A stretch of DNA of 49,171 bases from Octopus bimaculoides (Eukaryota). Both the position numbers and the translations under genes were made by a program. The stretch lies in contig NC_069002.1 in NCBI RefSeq assembly GCF_001194135.2, forward strand, positions 32,091,933 through 32,141,103. The letters are read 5' to 3'. Positions 1-13,043 of the stretch are shown here, piece by piece. A model generated the notes under the pieces. It saw only the letters and a list, made by a program, of their open reading frames with translations, did not search any database and had not been told where the DNA came from. Every line of letters begins with the position of its first letter. The stretch's first letter is position 1.

Positions 1-38
<38 letters not shown>

Positions 39-423
39 CCAAGTGATGCTCTTGTATTCCCGTATTTGCACATACTTACATCTGTAGAGTGAGGTGGAGT
101 GGGTATGGAAAGAGGCGTTGGAATAAATTAGGAATAAATTAAATATTTATACAAGAAAAAACACGACAGAAACGTGCAAAGAAGGAGTATATACTTCAGG
201 TATATACACAATATACACTCATGAGATCCTGTGAATGACATGATTTACCGTCTAGTTTATGTCATTCTCGGTCTTATAAAATATGCAAAAAGCCTCGAAT
301 TATCTTTATTTTATTTTAATTTAATTTTATTTTATTCTAATTTTTTTTTACTATTTGGAACCCTCGATCAAAATTATTTTCATTGCTTTCGCTTTCTTTT
401 GGGTCTCACTTTCCATTTTCGTT

Positions 424-506
424 TTATTATTATTGTTATTATTATTATTGTTGTTGCTGGTGGTAGTGATGGCGGTGTTGTTATCATCATCATCATCGTC
501 ATCATC

Positions 507-559
<53 letters not shown>

Positions 560-560
560 C
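424..560. repeat. (ATT)n/(ATC)n trinucleotide tract
   Basis: Seen directly. Confidence 0.9.
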
Positions 561-1418
561 AATCACAGAAGCAGAATATCAGACATAATCTTTGTTTCTT
601 TCAAAGATTATTTTAGGATATTTGTTCATTGACAAGAAGGTGCTGTTATAAAATATGTATGAAATNNNNNNNNNNNNNNNNNNNNNNNNNNNNNNNNNNN
701 NNNNNNNNNNNNNNNNNNNNNNNNNNNNNNNNNNNNNNNNNNNNNNNNNNNNNNNNNNNNNNNNNNNNNNNNNNNNNNNNNNNNNNNNNNNNNNNNNNNN
801 NNNNNNNNNNNNNNNNNNNNNNNNNNNNNNNNNNNNNNNNNNNNNNNNNNNNNNNNNNNNNNNNNNNNNNNNNNNNNNNNNNNNNNNNNNNNNNNNNNNN
901 NNNNNNNNNNNNNNNNNNNNNNNNNNNNNNNNNNNNNNNNNNNNNNNNNNNNNNNNNNNNNNNNNNNNNNNNNNNNNNNNNNNNNNNNNNNNNNNNNNNN
1001 NNNNNNNNNNNNNNNNNNNNNNNNNNNNNNNNNNNNNNNNNNNNNNNNNNNNNNNNNNNNNNNNNNNNNNNNNNNNNNNNNNNNNNNNNNNNNNNNNNNN
1101 NNNNNNNNNNNNNNNNNNNNNNNNNNNNNNNNNNNNNNNNNNNNNNNNNNNNNNNNNNNNNNNNNNNNNNNNNNNNNNNNNNNNNNNNNNNNNNNNNNNN
1201 NNNNNNNNNNNNNNNNNNNNNNNNNNNNNNNNNNNNNNNNNNNNNNNNNNNNNNNNNNNNNNNNNNNNNNNNNNNNNNNNNNNNNNNNNNNNNNNNNNNN
1301 NNNNNNNNNNNNNNNNNNNNNNNNNNNNNNNNNNNNNNNNNNNNNNNNNNNNNNNNNNNNNNNNNNNNNNNNNNNNNNNNNNNNNNNNNNNNNNNNNNNN
1401 NNNNNNNNNNNNNNNNNN

Positions 1419-1481
<63 letters not shown>

Positions 1482-1902
1482 TATATATATATATATACAT
1501 ATATACATACACACATATAAGTATGTATATATATATATATATGATCATCTCTAAACAATATGGTGGTTATTTTGAAATACAGTTTTTTTCTAAGTAGGAA
1601 GTTTTTCATGGAAGATCTAAAGGGTTGAAGTCAGTGCTGGAGAATTTAAACTAAGTTGGAAAGGCAGGCTAAATTATTGCTCTATTATAAATGACGCTAT
1701 AACTAAATCTGATTCTACGGTTAAAAGGAAGCAAGTTACGGGATACTACAAAAGAATCTCCAACTGGATTTGTGTTTTGGATTGGCTGTTTTTACTTCTT
1801 TATATTTCGTCTTTCACTTCGGAGGTATTATTCCACGAAGCTTCCATTACATCTACAGGCATCTGCGTTAAATGGAGAAGCAGTGACGAGTGAATGTTTT
1901 GT

Positions 1903-2099
1903 AAATAATAATAGTATTATTTATAAGCTTAAAGCTTATAAGCGATCACCATGTATTGGCTAAAGGAAATAGTCTATTAGTGGGGTATAGAAGCCTGCTT
2001 TTTACCGTCGAGGGCTTATATGCTCCAATATTAGACTACTTTATTTAGCCAATATACGGTGATCGCTTATAAGCTCTAAGTTTACAATTATTATTATTT
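1903..2099. repeat. ~200-bp imperfect palindrome (hairpin)
   Basis: AGCTTATAAGCGATCACC (1933-1950) is the exact reverse complement of 2058-2075. Pairing continues outward and inward to a ~13-nt loop. Confidence 0.85.
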
Positions 2100-2380
2100 G
2101 CATCTGCAGACATCTTGGATATAATTTCGCCATAGTTTGCCTCATAAATTTCTTCGGTACTTTCAATGCAATTCTTTCGTTGTCTGTGAAAAACAGAACC
2201 AATGTCAGTGAAATTCGTTTCCGGGTTTTGTTTCAAATGTGAAGTAATTTTTGTTTGTTTTTTACTTCTCTGTTGGTCATTTAAGGATCACCTTCATCTA
2301 TTTCTCCTTTATTTACCGTTGTTCCATAACAGCTCAAGAATTGTCGGAGCTGTCCGATGTAAATGTTATATCTTGAATTT

Positions 2381-2709
2381 TTACTTCCTTGAAAATTTAC
2401 GCGTTTTAATAGCATTGATTGCAACAATTTTACTCAGTTTGACGATGGGGTCAACTCTGGAACTATGGTCTGCTTTCGCTCTTTCATTGTCTCCGACATC
2501 AACACTATTGCTATGTCCTTCCCTGTTGATTGAAATTTTCTCCTGGCAGCAATCTGTCGGCGAACTAACCGCAGTAGAAGTGTTATTACTTTTAATAATG
2601 CTAACTGAAGTGGTAGAGATTGTTGTTGTAGTAGTTGTACTTGTTGCTGTTGCTGCGGCGGGTTTAATGGCTAGAAACTTGTTAAGTTGACTATGTTTTA
2701 TGAAGTCTC
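2381..2709 (-). CDS. Possible terminal coding exon (Ser/Thr-rich cytoplasmic tail?)
   Basis: Acceptor atctattccag followed by a phase-1 frame open for 108 codons to TAA (DFIKHSQLNKFLAIKPAAATATSTTTTTT..DCCQEK..KTRKFSRK*). The other two frames stop early. No family motif was recognised and linkage to the cadherin is unproven. Confidence 0.35.
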
Positions 2710-4573
2710 CTGGAATAGATTTATACCATATTTAATACCTCTTCTCTGACGAACATTAATTAATTTACACAGCCATTAGTCAAATGCAAATATGAAGATG
2801 AAATGTGGAGTGTGACCTAACGAAATACACACATACACACACACAGATAATAGACCCTCCCAAAAGAACAAACGCCACCGAAAAAAACACACACACAAAC
2901 TCTCTCATTCTCATACACAGATACACACAGGCATAAATACACACATACACACGTAATCAAATATAAAAAAAATAAAAAAATAGAATATATTAAAAAGTTG
3001 CTATCAGGAATTATATATTCAAGACAGGATTCTTGTCATGTCATCTCCCAACCTTCTGTAACAATAATAGCTGACTTTGTAGCACTCTATGTAAATTATG
3101 AATATTTTAGTGAAATAGCTAACCACACACACATACACAAAAGAAAAACAGAAAAAAACGTAACGCCATGTTTTATCGTCTTGTTCGAAAAGAAGAGAGA
3201 CAGGGTGAGGAGAAAGAGAAGCATGAGGAAAGGGGGAGGAGAGGAGTAGTGGGAGAAGAAGACGTAAAATTTAGCTGTGTGTCATAAACTGAGTTTTTCC
3301 CCCTCACTTTAGAAATATTTACGACTTGTCCTGGTTAAATCTGATAGGTTTATGTCGCAATAAAACTCTGCTAAGTTGTTTGGTGACTGTAACGATGGCT
3401 TTTTTTATTTATTTAAATAATGATAAGAAATCAGATTTTGCTTTTATTACTGTTATTTTTTTGGTGAGGTTTTTCGTTTTAATACTTTTCTTTTCTTTAC
3501 TAAAATATCTTTTCGTATTTATGTTACCTCAGCATGTGTGTATGTATGCGTAATAATGCAGATTAATATAGCGCCGAGTTTGTGTATGCGTGTGGAATAT
3601 ATACAGAAATACACATAATCACACAAATACACACACACACACACACACACATATGAACGTATTATGTGTATATATATATATATATANNNNNNNNNNNNNN
3701 NNNNNNNNNNNNNNNNNNNNNNNNNNNNNNNNNNNNNNNNNNNNNNNNNNNNNNNNNNNNNNNNNNNNNNNNNNNNNNNNNNNNNNNNNNNNNNNNNNNN
3801 NNNNNNNNNNNNNNNNNNNNNNNNNNNNNNNNNNNNNNNNNNNNNNNNNNNNNNNNNNNNNNNNNNNNNNNNNNNNNNNNNNNNNNNNNNNNNNNNNNNN
3901 NNNNNNNNNNNNNNNNNNNNNNNNNNNNNNNNNNNNNNNNNNNNNNNNNNNNNNNNNNNNNNNNNNNNNNNNNNNNNNNNNNNNNNNNNNNNNNNNNNNN
4001 NNNNNNNNNNNNNNNNNNNNNNNNNNNNNNNNNNNNNNNNNNNNNNNNNNNNNNNNNNNNNNNNNNNNNNNNNNNNNNNNNNNNNNNNNNNNNNNNNNNN
4101 NNNNNNNNNNNNNNNNNNNNNNNNNNNNNNNNNNNNNNNNNNNNNNNNNNNNNNNNNNNNNNNNNNNNNNNNNNNNNNNNNNNNNNNNNNNNNNNNNNNN
4201 NNNNNNNNNNNNNNNNNNNNNNNNNNNNNNNNNNNNNNNNNNNNNNNNNNNNNNNNNNNNNNNNNNNNNNNNNNNNNNNNNNNNNNNNNNNNNNNNNNNN
4301 NNNNNNNNNNNNNNNNNNNNNNNNNNNNNNNNNNNNNNNNNNNNNNNNNNNNNNNNNNNNNNNNNNNNNNNNNNNNNNNNNNNNNNNNNNNNNNNNNNNN
4401 NNNNNNNNNNNNNNNNNNNNNNNNNNNNNNNNNNNNNNNNNNNNNNNNNNNNNNNNNNNNNNNNNNNNNNNNNNNNNNNNNNNNNNNNNNNNNNNNNNNN
4501 NNNNNNNNNNNNNNNNNNNNNNNNNNNNNNNNNNNNNNNNNNNNNNNNNNNNNNNNNNNNNNNNNNNNNNNNN

Positions 4574-4610
<37 letters not shown>

Positions 4611-5172
4611 GTCCATTCTTTATTTGTCATATATGTGTATGAACATGTACATATATAAATATATACATACAAGCACACATATGCGTTTGATATGCGGTAG
4701 TTCAGAACATATCTATAGATTTTAGCCAAAATAGTATATGTACACTGACGTTGTCATCATGGCTTTTTGCATATATCATCTTCGTGAATGGAAAAAAGAA
4801 AGAAAAAAGCAACTGGACTAGTAATCTGTTAATATCTTTCAAGAATGCATGATATATACAAATCGGTCTATCTAATTGACTTGAAATTTTAGTAATGATG
4901 GATTTATAAAGAGTGTCTTTGAGGTTAGTTACATAGGATACTCAGTTGCTGATGACGTCCTAATACAGGATTGAAACAAGTCCAGTTAGTTCTCTTTTTA
5001 TGGTTATAGACATGTGCCTTTAGATGTAAAGTTGGCAAAATCCTGTAGATATATATACTGTGTAAAAGACCAGTTCTACTGGGAATGCGACCATGGATTT
5101 ATATATATATATATTCCCATTTACCTGTTTCGTTATACTATCTATCTATCTATTTATCGATCTGTCTGTCTG

Positions 5173-5210
<38 letters not shown>

Positions 5211-6135
5211 AACACACGTGTGTGAATGTCTGAACATATTAAGTTAGATATATACATGTGTATGAATATGTATGCGAGCAATTTGTATCACAGCAAGGGA
5301 AACAACTGGCATAAATTTCATAATTTTCTCCCTCATATTTTCTCTGCCGCCGTCCATTTCTATTGGTTGAATAAAGTTGAATAAAGATAGCGGTACAGTG
5401 GAATAGATGAAAAGACGGTAGGTTGTGCTGTTTGAGTTACGCCCACTTTGCCCTGCAACTTAATGCCCGCCAGTACACAATGTAGTTAATACACACACAC
5501 ACCATGTAAATGTAATGAGGAAAACCAAATATGGCGTGGGCCAATTCTGGTTGAAACTTATCGAAGTAGCTAAGAATTCCTTTCTCTCTGTCTTCCTCTT
5601 TTCTTTTACTTCCGGTCATCTAGCCAGTCATATTTAAAGAAATAATTTAATGTGACATTGTCTGTTGATTGTTTTATGACGCATAGGCCTCTAAAACCTT
5701 AGTCTGTTAACTCAGGCTAAACCTCGATATGCTTTCTCTCTCTGAAATGATGCCGNNNNNNNNNNNNNNNNNNNNNNNNNNNNNNNNNNNNNNNNNNNNN
5801 NNNNNNNNNNNNNNNNNNNNNNNNNNNNNNNNNNNNNNNNNNNNNNNNNNNNNNNNNNNNNNNNNNNNNNNNNNNNNNNNNNNNNNNNNNNNNNNNNNNN
5901 NNNNNNNNNNNNNNNNNNNNNNNNNNNNNNNNNNNNNNNNNNNNNNNNNNNNNNNNNNNNNNNNNNNNNNNNNNNNNNNNNNNNNNNNNNNNNNNNNNNN
6001 NNNNNNNNNNNNNNNNNNNNNNNNNNNNNNNNNNNNNNNNNNNNNNNNNNNNNNNNNNNNNNNNNNNNNNNNNNNNNNNNNNNNNNNNNNNNNNNNNNNN
6101 NNNNNNNNNNNNNNNNNNNNNNNNNNNNNNNNNNN

Positions 6136-6168
<33 letters not shown>

Positions 6169-6171
<3 letters not shown>

Positions 6172-6330
6172 ACGGGCTTCTTTGAGTTTCTGTCTACCAA
6201 ATCCGCTCACAAGATTTTGGTCGTCCCAAGGCTATAGAAGAAGACACTTGCCCAAGATGCCACGCAGTGTGACTGAACCCGGAACCACGTGGTTGGTAAG
6301 CAAGCTACTTACCACAAATTCACTCCTGCG
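6169..6330 (-). mobile_element. SINE family B, 5' half (remainder in gap)
   Basis: Matches the head of the 40276 element on the reverse strand (GACGGGCTTCTT..CTGAACCCGGAACC..CTCCTGCGC). Confidence 0.85.
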
Positions 6331-6340
6331 CTTATATATA

Positions 6341-6376
<36 letters not shown>

Positions 6377-6684
6377 TGTATGTGTGTATGTGTGAGTATG
6401 TGTGTGTATATTTACTTGTATATGTAATATATTAAACGCGTGAACTAACACGACTGCTATTTCACAACGTACAACTTAAAGATGCCACCACTTTTTAAAC
6501 TAGTATTATCCTTATCAAATCTAATAAATTTCGTTTTCTTTATATTAATCTGATTTATTAATTCAATAAAATAATGGATTCACAGCTCGGGATTATGATG
6601 TTGTTGTTGTTGTTGTTAATCTTAACGTCTTTATTCTGTCATCTTAATCTTCGTTCTGCTCCTGCCCCTGCTCCATTTCCTCCA

Positions 6685-6685
<1 letters not shown>

Positions 6686-6715
<30 letters not shown>

Positions 6716-6726
6716 GTTGCTGCTGC

Positions 6727-6790
<64 letters not shown>

Positions 6791-6863
6791 CTTCTTCTTC
6801 TTCTTCTTCTTCTTCTTCTTCTTCTTCTTCTTCTTCTTCTTCTTCTTCTTCTTCTTCTTCTTC
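6686..6863. repeat. Compound trinucleotide microsatellite (ATT)n-(GTT)n-(CTT)n
   Basis: Seen directly. Confidence 0.95.
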
Positions 6864-6865
6864 TA

Positions 6866-7050
6866 AGGGCACAACGGCCTAGTGGTCAGGGTGTTGCACT
6901 CATGATTCGCGAGGTCGTGGTTTCAATTCCTAGACCGAGCTGTGCGTTGTGTTTTTGAGCAAAACACATCATCTCACGTCACTCACCAATCCCTTCGACA
7001 CCTGACACGTGGTACACCTGTTGCACCTGTTCAGACAACATCGATTTGAT
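6866..7050 (+). mobile_element. tRNA-derived SINE head, family C
   Basis: A-box-like CGGCCTAGTGG and B-box-like GGTTTCAATTCC followed by TGTGTTTTTGAGCAAAACAC; begins directly after a (CTT)n tract. Confidence 0.65.
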
Positions 7051-7056
7051 GGCAAT

Positions 7057-7452
7057 TTGTTTCAGTCATTTGACATGCGGCCATGCTGGAACCCCGTCTT
7101 TAGTCGAACAAATCGACCTCAGGACTTATTCTTTGTAAGCCTAGTACTTATCCTATCGATCTCTTTTTGCCGAACCGCTATATTACGGGGACGTAAACGC
7201 ATCAACTTTGGTTATCAAGTGATGGTAGGGGACAAACACATACACACACACACACGCGCGCGCGCGCGCGCACACACACACACACACACGACGCGCTACT
7301 TTCAGTTTCCATCTACCAAATCCACTCACAAGGCTTTAGTTGGCCTGAGACTATAGTAGAAGACACTTGTCCAAGGTGCCACGCAGTGAGGCTGAACCCG
7401 GAACCATGTGATTGTTAAGCAAGCTTCTTCCCACACAGCCCCTCCTACGCCT
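7057..7452 (-). mobile_element. SINE family B
   Basis: Reverse complement of the 40276-40707 element, including the internal (CA)/(CG) microsatellite. Confidence 0.85.
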
Positions 7453-7538
7453 ACGTGATCACTATAAACAAATCATTTGTGTGTGCTGGTCGTTCAGCAA
7501 AAGCTGACCACTCATACGTCATTATCGATGGGAGGGCC

Positions 7539-7589
<51 letters not shown>

Positions 7590-8184
7590 CAATATTATTA
7601 TTATTGTTATTATCCTCATTATTATTATTATTCTGTTTATTATAATTATAAAAAAAATACAGCTTATGTCATAACTTAACCGGAGATCATAAGGCTAGTA
7701 ATAATTTTATTTTATTTCACTTAAACGTTTTATTTCAAAAAGTTTTTAGTCGTAAATTTGAATTTTCGGTTTACAATAATTTTTCTCCATTAAGCAATAA
7801 AGGACATGATAATGATACTGATGATGATGATGATGATGATAATAATAATAATAATAACAATAAAAATAATAAAATAAAGGAAATAAAATTAATTTAGTTA
7901 TTCTGTTTTAATTAATCCTTTAAATCTAGTATTGGTTGAATTAATATTAACCAGAGATAATAATCTCTAATTTAATTTGTAGAATATTATCTTTGAACCA
8001 TCTCTTCCTTAACTTTTAATATCATCGGAATTCTTTAAAAAAATATTCAAGCGTTTATTGTAATCACTATTGCTGCTGCTGCTGTTGTTATTATTCTTAC
8101 TGTTATCAATTTTTTTTTTAGATTTTTACATTTAAATTCTTTTCCTCGTAAACCCATTTTTCGTTATGCTTAAATTATATGGCC

Positions 8185-8465
8185 ATTTTCAGTGCGGTGG
8201 TGGTGGAGGCGGTGGTGGTGGTGGTGGTAGTGGTGGTGATGATGAAAATCACGATGAAGTTGATAACGATGATTATGATTATGATGATGATGGTTATGGT
8301 GATGACAATGGTGATGATGATGATCGTAGTGGTGATGTTGATAATGCTAATGATGATGATCATGATGGTCATGCTAATGATGATGCTGCTGATGATGGTA
8401 ATGATAATGATGATAGTGTTGATGATGATCGTGATGACCACAAACCTAAGAACTCATTCTTCCAC

Positions 8466-8500
<35 letters not shown>

Positions 8501-8579
8501 TTTCATCTCTCTGCCGTTCCTCCTTCTCCTCCTCTCTCCCTCTCTCTCCCTCTCTCTCCCTCTCCCCCTCTCTCTTCTA

Positions 8580-8649
<70 letters not shown>

Positions 8650-8650
8650 A
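8185..8650. repeat. Compound low-complexity tract (GGT)n/(GAT)n/(TTTA)n/(CT)n/(TCTA)n
   Basis: Seen directly. Confidence 0.9.
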
Positions 8651-8661
8651 TATATGCGCGC

Positions 8662-8689
<28 letters not shown>

Positions 8690-8692
<3 letters not shown>

Positions 8693-8915
8693 TATGTGGT
8701 GCCTGCGTGTTTGTGGTTGTATCCCACCACTGCTCGACAACCGGTGTTGGTGTGTTTACGTATCTGTAACTTAGTAGTTCGGCAAAAGACACCTATACAA
8801 AAAGTATCAGGCTTAAAAAGTACTGGGTGTATTTATTCGACTAAAATTCCTCAAGGTGGTGCTCCAGCATGACCGCAGTCTAATGACTGAAGCATGTAAA
8901 AGATTGAGGATAAAA
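8690..8915 (+). mobile_element. SINE family B, 3' half
   Basis: GCTCGACAACCGGTG..GTTCGGCAAAAG..GCTCCAGCATGACCGCAGTC..AAAGAT tail. Confidence 0.8.
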
Positions 8916-9279
8916 GATAACTATTCCTAAGAACAGTGAATCTCGAAGCAAATAAAGCTATAAATGATAGCGTATCAATATTGGATTAAAATACTTTGAG
9001 TAGAAAAAGTCGAAGGCTATTATCATATGCACGGTGAACAGCGAGAATCAAAACGAAGACTTACATATTTATTCTCAGTTTATCCGTTCTCGCTGATTCG
9101 AACGTGAATAAGCTAATCGCTGTTGCGTTTCGTCACAAGAGAAGAAGTTTTGCATTGTGGCGAACATTAGTCTGGAATGACTTGGGTTGACGAGACACAA
9201 TGATGTCGAAACAGCGGGTGTTCCAGAGTTTTCTTATGCTCATGCATCAAATGTGTTGGGAATACACATTCGTCTAAAA

Positions 9280-9842
9280 CAGTGGTTCTTAAATTACCAA
9301 AAAATTTTACGTGCCGGTCCCCTTATAGCTTGTTTGACGATTTGTGGTCCTCTATAAAATGCAGGATAATCAAGATAGGAGAAAATGTACCGTAATTTGC
9401 GGACTATGAACCGCACTGCCCATGGACCCAGAAACCCGAAAACCACAACTTAATACAGGCAATGTTCCATTGGGATACAATAAACGCACATGAAAATATG
9501 GGGAATTATTTGATTAATTGATTACAAACCAAATGAGAAATGAAAAAAATATCGACAGCATATGCACAATCAACCATTATACCTGCATATTTTCTATTGG
9601 CCAATCAAACTTGTTGTACAACAAGTGTGATTAGCAAATGAATGTGTAGGAGTGGCGTGGGGGTTTGGAGGCCAATGGCAAAAAGGGATGATATTATGTG
9701 AAAAATTGAAGGTCTTGAAATTTTAGAACTTAAATGTCTGAAGCCACCGCATTTTCACAATACTTCAACGTCCCTTTGCGGTCCCCTTAAAATCGCTTCG
9801 CGGTCCTCTAGGGGACCGTGGACCCCAGTTTGAGAACCACTG
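9280..9842. mobile_element. Non-autonomous hAT (Charlie-like) element, 563 bp
   Basis: TIRs CAGTGGTTCT(T/C)AAA ... TTTGAGAACCACTG. Perfect 8-bp TSD GTCTAAAA at 9272-9279 and 9843-9850. Confidence 0.9.
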
Positions 9843-10539
9843 GTCTAAAAAATGTTGTTTTCTTAAGAGGAAACACAACAGCAATTCGCATTTTCATGTT
9901 CGAACGTGTGGAAACGTTTTAAGAATAAATATGCAGGTCATTGTAGCTTAAGTTCGATCTGGTAGTAGACACTTGGCTATGACGCCATGCTGTGGAATAA
10001 AACCAGTAACCTCATGGTTGAGAAGCAACCGTCTGAAACCATTCGACTATATGGCTAATACGACCGGACCAAAGATTGTTCTAAATTGAAAGTACTTTCT
10101 CAACAAGTCTACAATCAATGACTCTCAAGGAAAACTTGATATTTTCGGATAATTCTTTTATTCCAAACAGAAATTGATAGATCTTTAACTGGTGGTCGCT
10201 AACCGAAAGTATCAACAATTTATCTCAATTATTTTCTCTCTTTTATACCGTTAATATTTCTTTAGATACAAAGGAAAAAAAAAAACAAACAAGAAATAAA
10301 AAGAAAACGAAAAAGGAAAAAGAAAACAAAGAAAAAAAATGATGTTTTGGCATCATTGACCGTTCCCTAGAACTGGAGACAGACGTTTGTTACTTGCTAA
10401 GAAAACACTTTGATAATAGATGGTTCCATACAAAAGCTTACTCGCAGAGTTTTTCTTCGAATTATGTTTGAAGAATAACCACGACAGAACAATAAATCTA
10501 TTTCTTTTTATCATCATACATCACAATGGACGACGTCTA

Positions 10540-10569
10540 GCTTTATCATCCTCTCTCTCTCTTTCTCTG

Positions 10570-10611
<42 letters not shown>

Positions 10612-10800
10612 CTTCTGTCTATTTGTCTGTCTGTCTATCGCTCTGTTACTTTTTTCTTCCATTCGATGTCTCAATTTCTTTGTCACTTTCTTAATTTCTG
10701 TATTTCTCTCTCTTCCCCCCTCTCTCTCTATATCCCCCCTCTCTCTATATATCCCCCTCTCTCTCTATATATCCCCCCTTTCTCTCTCCTTCTGTCTATT

Positions 10801-10836
<36 letters not shown>

Positions 10837-11827
10837 TGTGTGTCTGTCTGTCTGTGTGTCTGTCTGTCTGTATGTCTGTCTGTGTGTATGTCTGTGTGTC
10901 TGTCTGTCTGTATGTGTGTGTGTGTCTCTCTCTCTCTCTGTCCTGTTTATTTGTCTGTCTGTCTATCGCTCCCTTACTTTTTTCTTCCATTCTATGTCTC
11001 ACTTTCTTTGTCACTTTCTTAATTTCTGTACTTCTCTCTCTTCCTCCTCTCTCTCTATGTTTCTCCCTTTCTTTCTCTCTTTCTCTCTCTCTCTCTCTCT
11101 TCTAGTCATTTTCATTTTTATCCTCTTTGTCTTCCAGTATCGCTGTAAATTTCGCTCTCTCTCTCTCTCACCCACTTTCTCTGTTCTACTCTTTCTATAT
11201 ATGACTCTCTCTCAATATCACACTCTCTCAATGTCACTCTCTCTTTCTCTTACTCGATTTAGACTAGTCTCTTTCTTTCTCATTCCCTCTTTGTGGCTGT
11301 CTATCATTGCCTCTCTCTCTCTCTCTGTATATCTCTCGCCTATTCTGTCGTAGTCTTTCTATTCCTCTCTATATGTCTCTTTCTATCGTTCTCTTTCTAT
11401 CTCATTCTCTCTATCTATCATTCTCCCCTTCTCTTTCTATCTGTCTCTCTCTCTATCTCTGCCTCTCTCTCTCTCTGTGTCTCTATCTCTATCTCTGTCT
11501 CTGTCTCTATCTCTGTCTCTCTCTATATCTCTGTCTCTCTGTCTCTCTCTCTCTCTCTCTTACAGTCGTTCTCTTTCTTTCTCCACCTATTTCATTGTCT
11601 TTTTATCGCCACCACTTTTCCGTCTCCCTGTTTTACTCTTTTCTCTGTTTTAAATTTTACTTATTCTCCATCCCCTCTGTCTGTCTCTCCCTACCCCCCT
11701 CTCTCTCTCTCTCCCTTTCTTTCTCACGCTATCTTACTCTTTTTCATCTCTCTCTCAGTCTCTATTTCTTGTTATTTTCAACATTTCATACAATTTGTCT
11801 TCAACACAAGATTACAAATTGCAATAC

Positions 11828-11881
<54 letters not shown>

Positions 11882-11890
11882 CTACTTTTC
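10540..11890. repeat. Long CT-rich compound microsatellite region with internal ~110-bp duplication
   Basis: (CT)n, (GT)n, (GTCT)n and (TCTA)n tracts; 10610-10720 is repeated at about 10945-11050. Confidence 0.85.
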
Positions 11891-12441
11891 TGTCTGTCCA
11901 CCCCTCCACACGTACACACATCTACTTCTTGACCGAGTCTTAATCATAGACACACATATATCATATATCAAAGTATTTTATATATGATGTATAATGTAAT
12001 TCTATAAGCAGAAGTAGCGCATATTGCCGTTGAGAGCGTTTTCGATAATAAACCATTTAGTTATGTCGTTGGAAATATTGTCTTTTAAATTCCAGAATTT
12101 GTTCGAAAGTGCTGTTGCTGATATCTCGTTTTCATGCCAAAACGTGTGTATATGCCGAACGTATCTGGATTTGAATGAGTTCTCGGTAAGACTTTGTGTT
12201 GTTATTATTATTAGAGGGAAACCGTGGCGCAGTTGGCAAATTTTATCGAATAAAGGATTGCCAGCTCAGAAGAGTGGAATTCTTAGAGCATCGAACGAGA
12301 AGCTTTTCGATATCTGTTCCGGATTCTGTGCATTCATAGCTCAAATTCTGTTATGTTACCCTTAAAATGATCATACTTCTTTCAAGGAGTTGCAACAGCA
12401 GACGTAGCTTTTACTAATATATGCTTTATAATCCTTACACT

Positions 12442-12463
12442 ACACACACACGCGCACGCACGC

Positions 12464-12555
<92 letters not shown>
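12442..12555. repeat. (CA)n microsatellite
   Basis: Seen directly. Confidence 0.95.
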
Positions 12556-12557
<2 letters not shown>

Positions 12558-12826
12558 AATTACATATATGTATCTATAGAAAATGCAAACTCGTCTGTAA
12601 AGTATATATATCTATGCATGTGTGTATGTGTATATGCATGTTCATATGTATGTATATATACACACACATACAAATACAAATACACATACATACATACATA
12701 CATACATACATACATACAAACACACATCCTCGTTTGAACTACATTCTTCACAACTCCATACTTGCTCTTTTTCCACACAAACACATACGCACACAGGAAT
12801 GTATATATATGTACCTACACTCACAC

Positions 12827-12878
<52 letters not shown>

Positions 12879-12998
12879 GAGAATTAGATATCTTATATGT
12901 ATGATGGAGATGAATGGATAGGTAGACAGACAGAAAACGAAATAGAATGCTAAGGAGATAGCAAGATAGAAAACAGAGAGATAGATAAAGATGAATAT

Positions 12999-13043
<45 letters not shown>

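Noticed and set aside
2202-2690. Hydrophobic 162-aa plus-strand ORF
   Set aside because: Its hydrophobicity comes from reading the antisense of an A/C-rich stretch. There is no promoter, splice or domain evidence, and a minus-strand exon explains the region better.
8166-8774. Gly/Asp-rich 202-aa ORF resembling an acidic matrix protein
   Set aside because: It is made of (GGT)n/(GAT)n slippage repeats and continues into TTTA/CT/TCTA tracts and a SINE.
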